Shown here piece by piece: positions 11,971 to 24,977 of a stretch of DNA of 64,000 nucleotides. The notes beneath the pieces were generated by a model. That model had not been told where the DNA came from, searched no databases, and was given only the letters and a program-made list of their open reading frames with translations. Origin of the DNA: Eledone cirrhosa (lineage: Eukaryota); assembly GCA_964016885.1 (NCBI GenBank), contig OZ024741.1, positions 133,734,001-133,798,000 of the forward strand. Direction: 5' to 3'. Both the position numbers and the translations under genes were made by a program. The first letter of the stretch is position 1. Each line of letters starts with the position of its first letter.

Positions 11971-12876
11971 TTCAATGATATTAAATAAATGGAAACTATA
12001 TTTATAAAACCATATTTATTCTATTATATATATTTCAAGGGTACCAAAACTTTGGTACGCTTTCATCAGATAAAATACGAAGTGTGTTTTATAAATTTTG
12101 ACATAACCAAGGAAAATACCTTAATGGTTCAAGTTTTCTTTGGATAGTGAAGGGATAAGAGAAGAAAAGTCAGATATTTCAAAATATTAAGATGAGTATG
12201 CAAACGAGGTTTAGGTAAAGGGCTGAAAAAAAACGTTATTTTAAACGTTATGGAGAATTTAAATAATTACGATATGTGTATGTATGCGTAAGAAAGAAGA
12301 AAAAGAAAGAAGAGCAAGCATTTACGTTAATTTGGGGGAAAAAGTGGAATATGATTCCTGAAGGACCACAAAAGAAATTTTGAAATTGAACTACCAGTCA
12401 GACTCATCGCACCATCTAAATCGGACTTAGGCATAATTAGCAAACATATATTAGATAGAATTATACCACTACTTAAAGAAAAATCACACCTTAAACTATT
12501 GAACGGTACTAATGAAGTTATAGATTGGTTCAATAACATAAAATTAAAACATACTTCTTCCTTTTTCTTTCCTACGCATACAGCCACATAATTATTTAAA
12601 TTCTCCATAACGTCTAAAATAACGTTTTTTTAGCCCTTTACCTAAACCTCATTTGCATACTCATCTTAATAATTTGAAATATCTGACTTTTCTTCTCTTA
12701 TCCCTTCACTATCCAAGGAAAACTTGAACCGTTAAGGTATTTTCCTTGGTTATGTCAAAATTTATAAAACACACTTCGTATTTTATCCGATGAAAGCGTA
12801 CCAAAGTTTTGGTACCCTTGAAATATATAATAGAATAAATATGGTTTTATAAATATAGTTTCCATTTATTTAATAT

Positions 12877-12881
<5 letters not shown>
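11971..12881. mobile_element. Internally deleted Naiad-type PLE with arms of about 320 bp in inverted orientation
   Basis: Arms about 11973-12295 and 12565-12881 are reverse complements. The spacer (+) translates LKDHKRNF...VRLIAPSKSDLGIISKHILDRI...EVIDWFNNI (Naiad-like RT). Each arm has a hammerhead motif. Confidence 0.85.
12017..12078 (-). ncRNA. Hammerhead ribozyme motif
   Basis: tattttat-CTGATGA-aagcgtaccaaa(gt)tttggtaccctt-GAAA-tatata-TA-atagaata. The + arm copy (12780-12838) has CCGATGA; a relative at 24740-24805 (-) has CTGCCGA. Confidence 0.72.
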
Positions 12882-12960
<79 letters not shown>

Positions 12961-12966
<6 letters not shown>

Positions 12967-15000
12967 ATACTTTGGGAGGGTCATGTTGCCAATAAGAAAC
13001 ACACGCACCAGTTGCTTTCACTTCAATTTATTATAATAAATTTATAAATTTAGGAGTTTATAAATTTCCGGTCGGTTGGTTGGTTCCACAACCAGATGAT
13101 TGTTTATATATTGTCAAAGTTCTTTCGTCACACATTCTGTGACCTCTTCAGTGACTGGGGATTCTTTTTTTTTTTTTGTGTGTCTCTCCTTTGTTCTGTC
13201 CTACGCTATCTTGTTTTTGTGTGTGTTGTGTGCTTAGTTTGCGCATGTGTTACATCCGGGTGTCTGAGTGTGTTTATATTTGTTTATTTACATGTTACTG
13301 GTTGGTTGTTTGTTCTATGTGTGTGTGTGTGTTTTCATTTTGTCCTTAATTGTAAGTTGTGGTGTTGCTATTCCATTCATGTTTTCTATTTAATTTTGGT
13401 TGGAGTTCATTTATGTTTATTGCTTCTGTGATTTGTCTAAACATTGCGTCTTTTCTGTGTGTAGATTCTATTTTTATTTCTATGTTCTCTAGCATGTTGG
13501 TGGAGTACAGATGATTCTTTACTATCTCGCCAGTGTTCATTTATCCGTTCTCCTATATTACAAACTGTCTCACCTATGTACACTATATTCTTATCTCTAA
13601 ATTGTCCTTCAGTACATCTTATGCTATATACTACATTTCTAGTTTTACAGTTAATATGGGGGCTTAGTTTACAGATTATACATTTCTTATCTATACAGGA
13701 AGGTCTTTGAAAAGGGTATGTATTGTTAATAAGTGTTTTTATGGAGGTACCTGGTCTTTCTACTATCTTAATATTGAGTTTATGTTTATCTAGGGCCCTT
13801 CTAAATTTGTAAGCTAATTCACCTCTAGGGGTTGTATTGATTAACATTACACTCTGGTATATATTGCTATAATACCATGAGTTTATTCTATTAACCTTAT
13901 TCCTAGTTCTTTCTATTCTATTCCAAAATTTGCTTCTATACAAGGGGCAGGTCCCATTTATATCATTATTTACCATTTCTTCCCATTTGGTTCTGGCTCC
14001 TCTATATACTCTGATTCTATCTCTCTGATTGTAACCAGAGAACTGCATACGGTGGATGAAGTGTTGTATGTGTCTCTCTAGTTCTTTGGGGTTGCACATG
14101 CGGGACACGTTTCTCATCACCCGTACCAAATCCGCAATCAGTATGTTGATTTTGGTGTGGTCCGAAACAGCTGAGTTTCGGTGGATCAGATATTTGGAAG
14201 TCATGGGTTTGGCATAATGGGAATGGAGGATTTGTTTTTTGTTATTAATGGTTTCTAACTAGAGATCTGTGTCTAGTACAGGTAATCGATGGTTGGGGTG
14301 TTTGCTTGGGTAGTCTATAGTAACTCTAATACTCTGGTGGATGGAGTTAGCTATTTGCTGGATGCTTTCCATGGTGTTTTTCTCTAATTCCTGACTGTTC
14401 TCTAGTGGGGATGTTTTTACTACGATGTTTATATCATCAACGTAGCGGGAGTACATTATCAGGGTTAAGAGGTTGCTGTCTTCTAATTGTTCTTTAAGTT
14501 TAAGTCTACTGTCCCACCATACCATGAATAAGTTAGCTATGTCACCTGCAATGCTAACACCAATGGCTGCTCCCTCCTCTTGGGCATATGTTCTTCCATT
14601 AAATTTGAACATATGTTCCTTAAGGGTTAATTTTATACTGGCCCCCACCGCATGTGCAATCGTTTTCTTTAGTTCATCGCGGTGTTCGGGGGTCCGTATG
14701 GCTCTGGTCCACCCGTTCCATCTATATGTGTGGGTTTTCTTGGCCATTGAAGTAATGGTAGGTGGTCTGCCTCTTACTGGTCTTGTAGGGCACAGGTTGC
14801 TAAGGTCATATGTATCTAGATAATCATTACTATAAGAGTCGAGCTCACTGGTATCAATCCCACGGAATTCAACATTGCTCTCACTGATCATTTCTATGCA
14901 TTTCTCCACAGCAAAATCCACGTCAATGGATGGATATAGGGACACAACATCCATACTTCCTATTATACAGTTTGTCAGGTCCCTAGATCGGTCGCTTTCT
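12961..15000 (-). mobile_element. Penelope-like element, Nematis-like, 5'-truncated and degraded
   Basis: SMDVVSLYPSID, GAAIG, YSRYVDDI, RLPVLD, KPMTSK, MQFSGY; GIY-YIG NVVYSIRC...YIGET...ER..EH; both ends abut (TA)n. Clade assignment is tentative. Confidence 0.88.
13113..13155 (-). ncRNA. Minimal hammerhead ribozyme motif
   Basis: gtca-CTGAAGA-g-gtcaca(gaatg)tgtgac-GAAA-gaac-TT-tgac in the PLE 3' region. Confidence 0.68.
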
Positions 15001-15524
15001 ATATATATATATATATATTTAACAGTTACACGACTGTTATACATAACAGTTACATGTTAAGAGTTACACAGTTGTTGTATATAGTGAATGCATAGTTACA
15101 CTATTGCTATATATAGTAAACATAACAGCTACACAGCTGTTATGTATAGTGAACATAACAGTCTTATCAGTCACAGAGATCCTTCCTCGGGAGAGAAGTA
15201 CTCAATCAAATTTTACGAAAGAAAACGGCAGTTCAGGGACCGTGGAAGACTTCAGAGGCCTCGACGGTGACCGTCAGGAAAAGAAAGCCATCAACCAAGC
15301 CCTGTATCTGGATAACTTCCTTTCCTCTACATTACGGGCGACTCTGTTTTGATTTGAGGCTGAAGTGATGAGGAGAATTTTGTACCAGGAACTATATTAT
15401 CTGAAGTTATATTATTTAAATTCAGGGAAAAAGACGAGGAGTAAAGTGAAATTAAAGTATGATTTTGGCCAAATGAGATCTTGCTATCTCTTCGAGAGGA
15501 TTCAATAATGGTTTCCATACTTAC

Positions 15525-15585
15525 TTTTCATTAAACATTGTTCCTCTAATCGTTGCGTAGATAAGTGTAGGAATCAAAGGAAATC
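15525..15585 (-). CDS. Class B1 GPCR exon: TM4
   Basis: tttacag|(G)FPLIPTLIYATIRGTMFNE(K)|gtaagt; 61 nt, phase 1 to 2; resembles the CALCR/CALCRL GFPL(I/V)P segment. Confidence 0.94.
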
Positions 15586-15679
15586 CTGTAAAGTAAACAA
15601 GAAACAAAGGAGCTTAAGATATTTTCTACGAGATATTTTACTGATGCCCCCCTCCCATATATATATATATATATATATT

Positions 15680-17830
15680 CAATCAATTTAAACATCCGTA
15701 TAGAGCTAGTAAGCCATGGCAGGCTAGGGGAAGTATGTAGTACTTCTTACAGATGAGGATCAAACAAATAAACAAACAAAAAACAAAGACAAAAAACAAC
15801 AGAAATAAGTGAATATAAAAATGAAAATAAAATTAAATTAAATAGGCAAGGCCAATGGGAGGCAAAATATGCATAAAAAGATTAAGAAAAAGTGGAAAGC
15901 AAGTGAAGCAGTAAAACAACTAGAAGTTTCTGTTGAATCTTTTCGTAACTTCCATATACTCAAAGATTTTGCTTACAGTTGGTAGATATTTTACAATATA
16001 TTGTATCTACAATCTTCGTAGTTTTTAATGATCAGCTTCAAGATGTCCTCTTTCTCATACTGGTGGTTTCTGCATTGGAACAAATAGTGTTATAGAGTTT
16101 CTGGGAAATTACCACAAGAACAGAGGTGATTCTCTACGACCTGTTTGTAACAAAATGTAGTTTAATGGTATATGTCCTGTTCGAAGTCAGCATAGTCTTT
16201 TTTTTATGAACATTGCTCTGGGTCTGATATGTTTTAAATGTTGACAGATCTGGTTGAGAAAGTGGAGGAATTGAAATTTGAGAGCTTATTTCTAGATTCT
16301 TCCCCCAAATTTTCTCACCCTTGAGTAATTATAATTTTGATAAATGGTTTCACTTGCGATAGATTTGGGATGTAGTCTATATATATTATATCATTTTGTA
16401 CTCCCTCCTTTGCTAATTCATCTTCTTTCCTATTTCCTCTAATATTTGTATGGCTCGGTATCCAAATCAATGTTATTTGTTTATTATTCTTTGAAAGGGC
16501 GGTGGATTGGCAGTATTGGTAGAGGGTCGGACGCCATGCTTTGCAGCACAGTTACGTCCTTTTACGGACTGAGTTCAAAACCCGCCGAGGTTAGCTTTGC
16601 TTTTCATCCTTAAGGAGTCGATAAAATAAAGTACCAGTACTGGGATAATTGCTGGCCTTGTGCCAAAAGTAGAAACAATTATTCTTTGAGAGATAGTTAT
16701 CTATTCTTAGCAGAGCACTCTCAATATCTCTAGCCCGACAACTTCTTGATTGAAGCAATTCAATAAACTATCAGTAAATAGGAAGCCCTTTTCCCCATAC
16801 GATTTCTTTAGCTGAATCTATGGATAATATAATTCCCCCACCATTCTGCGTCAAATATTGTGAAATCCCAATTTAATCTGAAGCTCATATCTCTATTATT
16901 ATTTTTGAAAGACCAAGTAGCTCTACACCCTACCCCCTTGTCTGCGTGTACCTCTTCTGTGTAACTGACCCAGTTATTAAAACTAATTGACTATCTGATA
17001 ATGTTATGGAATTATTTTGCTTCCTCTTTTAAGTTTTTACTCGATTTAAAAAAAAACGATTTTAATTGTTCTGCTCATGAAGTCAAATATCTTTTGCATT
17101 TAAAGTGAGTTGTTAGCAGTTTACTTTCCCTAGAATTTTCTATTAACAAGTGAGTAGGGGCTAACCCTGCTTTGCGAAAAATAGTTATCTTGGGAGTAGA
17201 TCTTAGACATCTTAATATAGTTTTGCCAATTTGGGTACGAAATCTACCGATAACTAGTGGTTATGTTCCCCCAAATCCATAACGTAGTTCATGATACTAT
17301 AATTAAAAAATTACATCAATTTGAAATTCCCAACTTTCTTTGCAACTCACTAATCGTAGTACAAGTCTTGGAAACGAGAAAAGCACATTTATTTGCATTC
17401 TAAGGGGTCAGCCACAGGGCTCTCCACACTCACCCAATCTCTTTCTATATTACACAACAGAGCTTTTTACATCTCCAAATAAAATTGTAGAAGTCTCTAG
17501 TCTTGCAGATAATATTAACTTATAAACTTCATCTAGTATCATCAACAATAACAAAACCAAATTATGCTACTGAATGAAAAATTAAAATGGTCAACAATTT
17601 GATCCCTTTAAAACACAATTGATTCACTTCCTTAATCTTGAACCTATCAATTATCAATGTGATGAAATATACTTAATTAAGCAATTATTGACACCGCAAA
17701 AATCCATAAAGATCTTTGGTATTTGATTACAAACTGACTTGAAATGGGAAACTCATCTCAATCACTCACTTAAAAAAATTACCTCAACATGACATGTGAT
17801 TATTTCAAATAAATTCCACTGCCTAACATA
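15680..17830. mobile_element. Degraded I-group (RNase H-containing) LINE; 3' part on -, RT fragment on + (about 17330-17830)
   Basis: Minus strand ITLIWIPSHTNIRGN..EDELAKEG (RNase H, near 16400-16480); plus strand GQPQGSPHSPNLF...LADNI (RT). Confidence 0.65.
16498..16677 (+). mobile_element. tRNA-derived SINE with a 15-bp TSD
   Basis: A/B-box-like tggcagtattggta and gagttcaaaaccc; TSD attattctttga(a/g)ag; many copies in the window. Confidence 0.85.
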
Positions 17831-18507
17831 TAAATTCATTTGATTGTATAATAAAGAGTCATCAATGCTCAATTTTGTATGGCAACTAGATTTGGGGGAA
17901 CATAACACATACACTCTAACATACATTCACATACATGTACTAGGACAGATACATACACATACAAAATGTGACGTCTACACTCTCACATACACTCACACAC
18001 ATCATGTGTATGTATATGTAATTCTCTGGGGCCTAACGTACATAACGAACGCACAAACACACACACACTAATAGACACAGACACACTCATATACAAAATG
18101 TGACGTCGTGGTGGTGGTGGTGGTGGTTTATTATAGTTGACTATAAAAATATTATTGTAGATAAAATCTTATATTGTTTTAATCCAAATAAAAATAAAAA
18201 TTACATGTTAACACTCCCGGGGTCTAATACTATTATCTTGTAAAATTTGATTTGATTTGGTCCAGCCGTTAGAGAATACATAAGAACAGACAGACAGACG
18301 GAGAGAGACGAAGAATTTTATATAGAGAGAGATAGCATTTAGACGAACAGACAGTACCTGGGTGCTAGAAAGGAAACTTCAAACACAGTAGCCTTTTTAA
18401 CGATGTGCTGTCATAAAAATGTGTCCTGTATAATAATTGTTTCTACAGCCCAGTTCTCCACCTACTGCCACCACCACCACCACCACCACCAAACAATAAT
18501 AATAATG

Positions 18508-18723
18508 ATTACTAGTATAGGCACAAGGCCAGTAATTTGGTGCGGAGGGGAAAGTCGATTAAATCGACCCCAGTGCGTGACTGGTACTTTATTTTATCGA
18601 CCCCGTAAGGATGAAAGGCAAAGTTAACCTTGGCGGGATTTGAACTCACACCATAAAGGGTCGTAACTCTATGCTGCAAAGCATGGCGTCCGACCCTCTA
18701 CCGATACTGCCAATCCACCGCCT
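18508..18723 (-). mobile_element. tRNA-derived SINE (same family)
   Basis: Shared core ...actggtactttattttatcgaccccgtaaggatgaaaggcaaagtt... Confidence 0.85.
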
Positions 18724-19073
18724 TTGTATCCTGTATAATAATGTTACCTCTGATCGCCAAACTTCATTTCATAAAAGTTTAACAATAGAAACTTCAAAGA
18801 TAATAGCCTTTTTAACGATATACGGATTTGGGCATGTCAAAGGTAATTTTACTTACACTCGATCTGAAAAAAATGTTGAAAGAATATTTGAAAAAATCGA
18901 TTAAGATCGATTAAAATCGATGGAAATTCTGAGATAAAAATGAAAGACACAGTGATGTAAATCTGGAGAATGCAGTTGCAGTCAATACTTTAATTATTAC
19001 CAATGTATTCAGGATTTTGTGTGAATTCTGGTCAACAAACAAACACACAAAGAGACTTGCTTTTTATATAGTA

Positions 19074-19350
19074 CTAGCAGAGATACCCGGCATTGCTCGG
19101 GTATTAAATAGCAGTCATGTATAGCATTCATGTCAATACTTCAGTGCTGCTTCGAAAACTATACTCGTACAAAATCACAAAATCATCTGCTGTTTCCAAA
19201 AGGTGGTTCCTGCCCCCAGCGGTCCCCTACTCAACATGTGCCAATTCTGAGAGTTAAAATTAATCTGTAGAACATAAGTATACCATGTGTCAAGTTTCGT
19301 GAAAAACGGTTGCGAACTCTATTCAGTACTCTTTTTATATATATATATAA
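19074..19350 (-). mobile_element. Non-autonomous Helitron-like element
   Basis: On -, subterminal hairpin tacccgagcaatgccgggta followed by CTAG; TATATAAAA-type 5' end. Confidence 0.55.
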
Positions 19351-19531
19351 TTAAAAAAATGTTTCGCTCTACATGACTGAATACAAGAGCAAGAATGAGG
19401 GGCTCATTGTACTGATATGGCTTTAAAAATGAAGCTTGTTTGCATAATTGCAAACGAATCGAATATTATTATTGATATTCGAAAAACTCAGATTACATTT
19501 ACACACACACACACTCCACACATATATATAC

Positions 19532-19581
<50 letters not shown>

Positions 19582-19628
19582 GTGTATGTTTAATATGTAT
19601 ATATATATGTGTCTGTGTGTTTAATATG

Positions 19629-19661
<33 letters not shown>

Positions 19662-19734
19662 TTAATATGTATATATATGTATATATATATATATATATGT
19701 GTGTGTGAGTTTAATATGTATATATATATATGTA

Positions 19735-19794
<60 letters not shown>

Positions 19795-19823
19795 CATACA
19801 TATATATATATATGCATATATAC

Positions 19824-19886
<63 letters not shown>

Positions 19887-19896
19887 TATATATATA

Positions 19897-21069
19897 TGGA
19901 TTTAGGAGAAGTAGATCAACACTTAGCCAGATTCTCTGCCTTCGCCGACTTATAGAGGATTCCCAAAACCGCAATCTAGACCTTGCACTCATCTTTGTTG
20001 ATTTTTCAAAAGCCTTCGACTCAGTTGACAGGTCGGGGATGTTTGAAATTCTACAACTCTATGGGATGCCTGATAAAATCATCGCGGCCATACGTGTAAT
20101 GTATACAGATACCAAATCAACTGTCCTGACCCCAGATGGGGCAACACCACCTTTCTCAATCCTCGCTGGAATTTTACTGGGCGATACCCTTGCTCCGTAT
20201 CTATTTATCATTGTTGTGGATTATGTTTTGCGCATGTCTGTGGATAGGATTCAGGATAGGGGATACCAACTACAGCCTAGGAGAAGCTCACGCTACCCAG
20301 CAAAATACTTGACCGACACCGACTTTGCTGACGACATCGCATTGATCAGTCGGTCACTGGAAAATGCTGAGAGTCTTTTGAAGTCATTAGAGCCAGCGTC
20401 CAACTGTGTTGGACTGTACCTCAACGAAGTGTGTAAACAGATGCGCAAACAGCCCAAACTACCCCATCAGAACCCTTAATGGTACCACCCTTAAGCAGGT
20501 GGAAGATTACAAGTATCTTGGCTCATATATCTCCTCCTCCAAAAAAGATTTTCTAACCAGGAAGGGTATGGCATAGTCAGCGTGCAATGACATGCACGCC
20601 ATATGGACATCTCAACTTACCAACAAGCTAAAACTGGAAATATTCCAAGCAACCATTAAGCCCATATTACTTTATGAATCCGAAACTTGGACACTAACAT
20701 CACAACTTGAGAGGAGATTGGATGGCACATATACCCGCCTCTTAATGAGAGTGCAAAACCTATCCTGGAAACGACATCCCACCTTGTCTAAAATCTATGG
20801 CAAACTTCCTCGAGCCTCTGCTCTTCTAAAATCCCGGAGAGCTCAATTTGCTGGCCACTGTCACCGTGCCAGCAATGAAATCATATCCGCTCTCTTGCTC
20901 TGGAACCCTGACTCCAGCCTGACTAGGAGTAGGAAGCTGTCATTCCCTGACGTTATCTCTAGGGATACGGAAATCAGTAGACAGGACCTGGGGGCAGCGA
21001 TGGGGGACAGGGGATTCTGGGGCATGAGAGTGAGATCCATCATCTCGACAGTAGTCGACGAGTGGTGGT

Positions 21070-21071
<2 letters not shown>
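19897..21071 (+). mobile_element. 5'-truncated RTE/RTE-X-like LINE (RT to 3' end), degraded
   Basis: [55 protein letters not shown]; flanked by (TA)n. Confidence 0.9.
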
Positions 21072-21114
<43 letters not shown>

Positions 21115-21159
21115 TAAACATATATATACACAAATATATATTTATATACATACACAGAA

Positions 21160-21235
<76 letters not shown>

Positions 21236-21999
21236 AATAGACACACATATGCTTCAAGTGTTAAATTTATAAACCCCCCCCCCCCACCACCACCACCACC
21301 TCCGCCAAAAAAAAACAAAAAAACAAACAAATTTACCATAAATTTGCTCAATAAATAATTCAAATAAATCAACTTCTGTGTGAAACGTAAAGTGGAGATT
21401 GAAAAGTCTTCCGGTATACAATACAAAGCAGTATAACGTAAGAAAAAATACTAAAGACATATTAAAGCATAGTTAATACAAAGTATTGTGAGATATGTAA
21501 TAAATGACTGATAAGTTTTTTCAGAAAGCCGGTACAATGCGGTAGAAATAGGATAATGGGTAAAGGATGACAAATAAAACAAAACAAAGTAATGTTTTAC
21601 CTAATATATTTCAACATATTTCAGGGCTATTACCCTCTATATTGGTATGGAGTGGTCCCATAACTCCTGGGGATTTCTTGGGTTTCTTGGGTATATTTAA
21701 ACCTGGAGTAGCACATCTCCTCTCCAAGTCTGGGTACAGCAGATTTCTTCCAAAGAAGGATATAAAGTGGGAGAGAAAGGAAGCGAGAAAGATATATAGA
21801 GGAACAAACGACCCCAGTACTAGACTGGTACTTTTTTCATCGACCTCGAGTGGATGAAAGGCGAAGTTAACCTCGACAGGATTTGAACTAAGATAGCGGA
21901 GAGCCGAAACGAATACCCCAAAGCATTCTATCCGACGTTCTAACGACTGTCACAATTTGCCGCCTACCCGCTATATTCGAGCTTATATATTTATTGTGA

Positions 22000-22260
22000 T
22001 TGAGTGGTTAAGGTGTTCGGCTCAATATCATAAGGTTCAGGGTTCTATTACCGGCGAGGCGTTGTGTCATTGAGCAAGACACTTAATTTCACTTTGCTCC
22101 AGTTCACTCAGCTGGCAAAACATGAACTGTACCTGTAATTTGAAGGGCAATCCACAGTGCCATGATGAATCTCCACGGGAACTACCTGAAAAGTACACGT
22201 GTCAGTCATTTGCATATTTTTTTAGGTTGATCAAATAACCGGAACACTTTTGATCGGAAC
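22000..22260 (+). mobile_element. Degraded tRNA/CORE-like SINE (second family)
   Basis: Homologous to 35120-35463 (gtgtc.ttgagcaagaca, ttgctccagttcactcagctg). Confidence 0.6.
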
Positions 22261-22319
22261 TGACTGATGTAAACATGTATTTATTATATCTGAGATATCA
22301 CACTGTTACTATTTAGAGT

Positions 22320-23090
22320 TTTGATTTTGGCACAATGCCAATAACTTGTGGGGGGGGGGGGAGAAAGTCGATTAAATCGACCCCAGTGCATTATTGGTAC
22401 TTTATTTCATCGACCTCGTAAGGATGAAAGACAAAACTAATCTCGGTGGGATTTGAACTCAGAACGTAAACGACCGGAAGAAACGCCGCAAAGAATTGTG
22501 TCCGAAGCGCTAACGTTTCTGCCAATCCATTGCCCCTGGAAGGCGAATCTCTAATAAAAACAATGTTAGAAAGCATGATCAAACGTTAGGATATCGCTTA
22601 TGAAATAATTGTTTCTACTTTAGGCACAAGGCCAGCAATTATCCCAGTGCATTACTGGTACTTTATTTTATCGACCCCGTAAGGATGAAAGGCAAAGTTA
22701 ACCTCGCGGTTCTAATTTAAGCACAACGCTTGCAATTAGCTCAGCCTCAGTAACTGTGTGGTACTTTATTTTATCGACACCGGAAGGATGAAAAGCAAAG
22801 TTGACCTCGGCGGGATCTGAACTTAGAACGTAGAATGTCCGATTCATTTTGTCCGAGGCACTACTGATATTGCCAATCCACCGCCCTTATTGTTTATGAA
22901 ATAATTGTTTCTACTTTTGGCACAAGGCCAGCAAATACTCAGTACATTACTGGTACTTTATTTTATCGACCCCGTAAGGATGAAAGGCAAAGTTAACTTC
23001 GGCGGGATTTGAACTCAGACCGTAAAGGACCGTAACTCTATGCTGCAAAGCATGGTGCTCGACTCTACCGATACTGCCAATCCACCGCCC
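22320..23090 (-). mobile_element. Tandem array of about 4 SINE copies
   Basis: Head-to-tail repeats; the last copy is flanked by the TSD tgtttatgaaataat (22891 and 23091). Confidence 0.85.
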
Positions 23091-23578
23091 TGTTTATGAA
23101 ATAATAAAACGAAGATAGTATTTATAAAATTATATAAAAGAAATATTCAAATGCATATTTGCAGTCGCATGTAGAGTCAAACACACGGGATTGAGTGTAG
23201 GAACATACCATGACTGACACTTGTACTATATATATTATTATACATAATTAAACTTGTCACGAATATACATAACATCTCAATGAAAAGATATCGCTAAAAG
23301 GTCTTATTCAGGGAAGTAAATATATATATATATATAGATTATGTTATACACATCACTGAAGGATAGATAATAGTAGATTACTCGAAAGAACACTTCACAA
23401 ACATCACATTCACTCAACCTAAATATAAGGAGCTTGACCAAAATTCCCTAAGGAATGATGCCTATGAAGTGTTCTTTCGAGTACTTTACTGTTATCTACT
23501 GTTCAGTGATTTGTATAAGATAGCCCCGCCTCTCTCTCTCGCTTTCTCCCCCCTCTCTCTCTCTCTATATATATATAG

Positions 23579-23648
<70 letters not shown>

Positions 23649-24656
23649 AAATAAAAAGGCCGATTTGTTATGTCGTCATTACATTTATTGAGTAGTGACG
23701 CGCGTTTAGCTCAAGGTTCGATCTGGTGAACATACAGTAACTGAACGTTACATTCCCTATATATATATATATACATACATATATAATATATATATTGAGA
23801 GAGAGGGGGGGGGAGACACTCATATGGATATATGGACACACATATAAGTACACACATACAGTAAAAAGATTGATACACAGACACACAAACACATGAAGAA
23901 ATCGATTTAAAGATGCACACACGAATAACCTGAAGATTACGTAACCATTCTTGCCACATAACAAAAGAAGAAATACAGACTTAAGAGAGAGTTCAAATAA
24001 ATGAAGAGAGAAAGACTAAGATGGGACAAAAAGAAGGAAAGAGAGAACGGAAAAGATAGGTGAATTTAAAATAAAATACAAAAATAGATATAAATATTTT
24101 TTTTAAAGATGGATTTGCGATGTAAAAGAATTCAAACGGCTGAAATCATAAAGAAGGGGGAATATGGAAAGTCATAGAAAAGTAATTTTCTTAAAAGAAT
24201 TATGAACCTTTGAAACATTTTCAAAGCAGTTCTGAGGTTTCTGAAGAATTTTAAAAGAAATTTTGAAATCCCTGTGGAAGATTTTCGACATATCAAAGAA
24301 TCAAAAACTCAACTCGCGTGAAGAATAAAGTTTCTCAACATGAAAAAATATACTATGATTTCTGTATTTACGAAATTAAAATATCAGCATACAAAATATT
24401 TTTGTTGTGTAGCACGAATACTTTATTTAGAGAGAAACTGAATTGCGATAGAGTGAACTTTATTCTCCATCTTGTTTTACTTTTCTCAGATACACCTGAT
24501 GATTTAGACGTGTTTTGGTCGGAGTTACGTTAAACTGCTAGTATAATTATTTAACTTTCATATTGTGTGTTGATTACTCTTTTCTTTCGTTTGCATCCAC
24601 AACTATATATATATAAGTTTATAATGAAACAGTTCTAGTCCTGTAGAAGCCATTTC

Positions 24657-24702
<46 letters not shown>

Positions 24703-24819
24703 ATAATATTAATAAATGGAAAATATCTTTATAAAACCATATTTATTTTATTATACATATTTCAAGGGTACCAGTAATTTGGTACGCTATCGGCAGATAA
24801 AAAAAATATATATATATAC

Positions 24820-24860
<41 letters not shown>

Positions 24861-24919
24861 TATACATATATATATATATATACATATATATACATATATA
24901 TATACATATATATACATAC

Positions 24920-24968
<49 letters not shown>

Positions 24969-24977
24969 CATATATAT

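Noticed and set aside
19499-19955. Numerous YI/HT/CV/poly-H/poly-M ORFs across the window
   Set aside because: Translations of (TA)n, (CA)n and (ATG)n microsatellites
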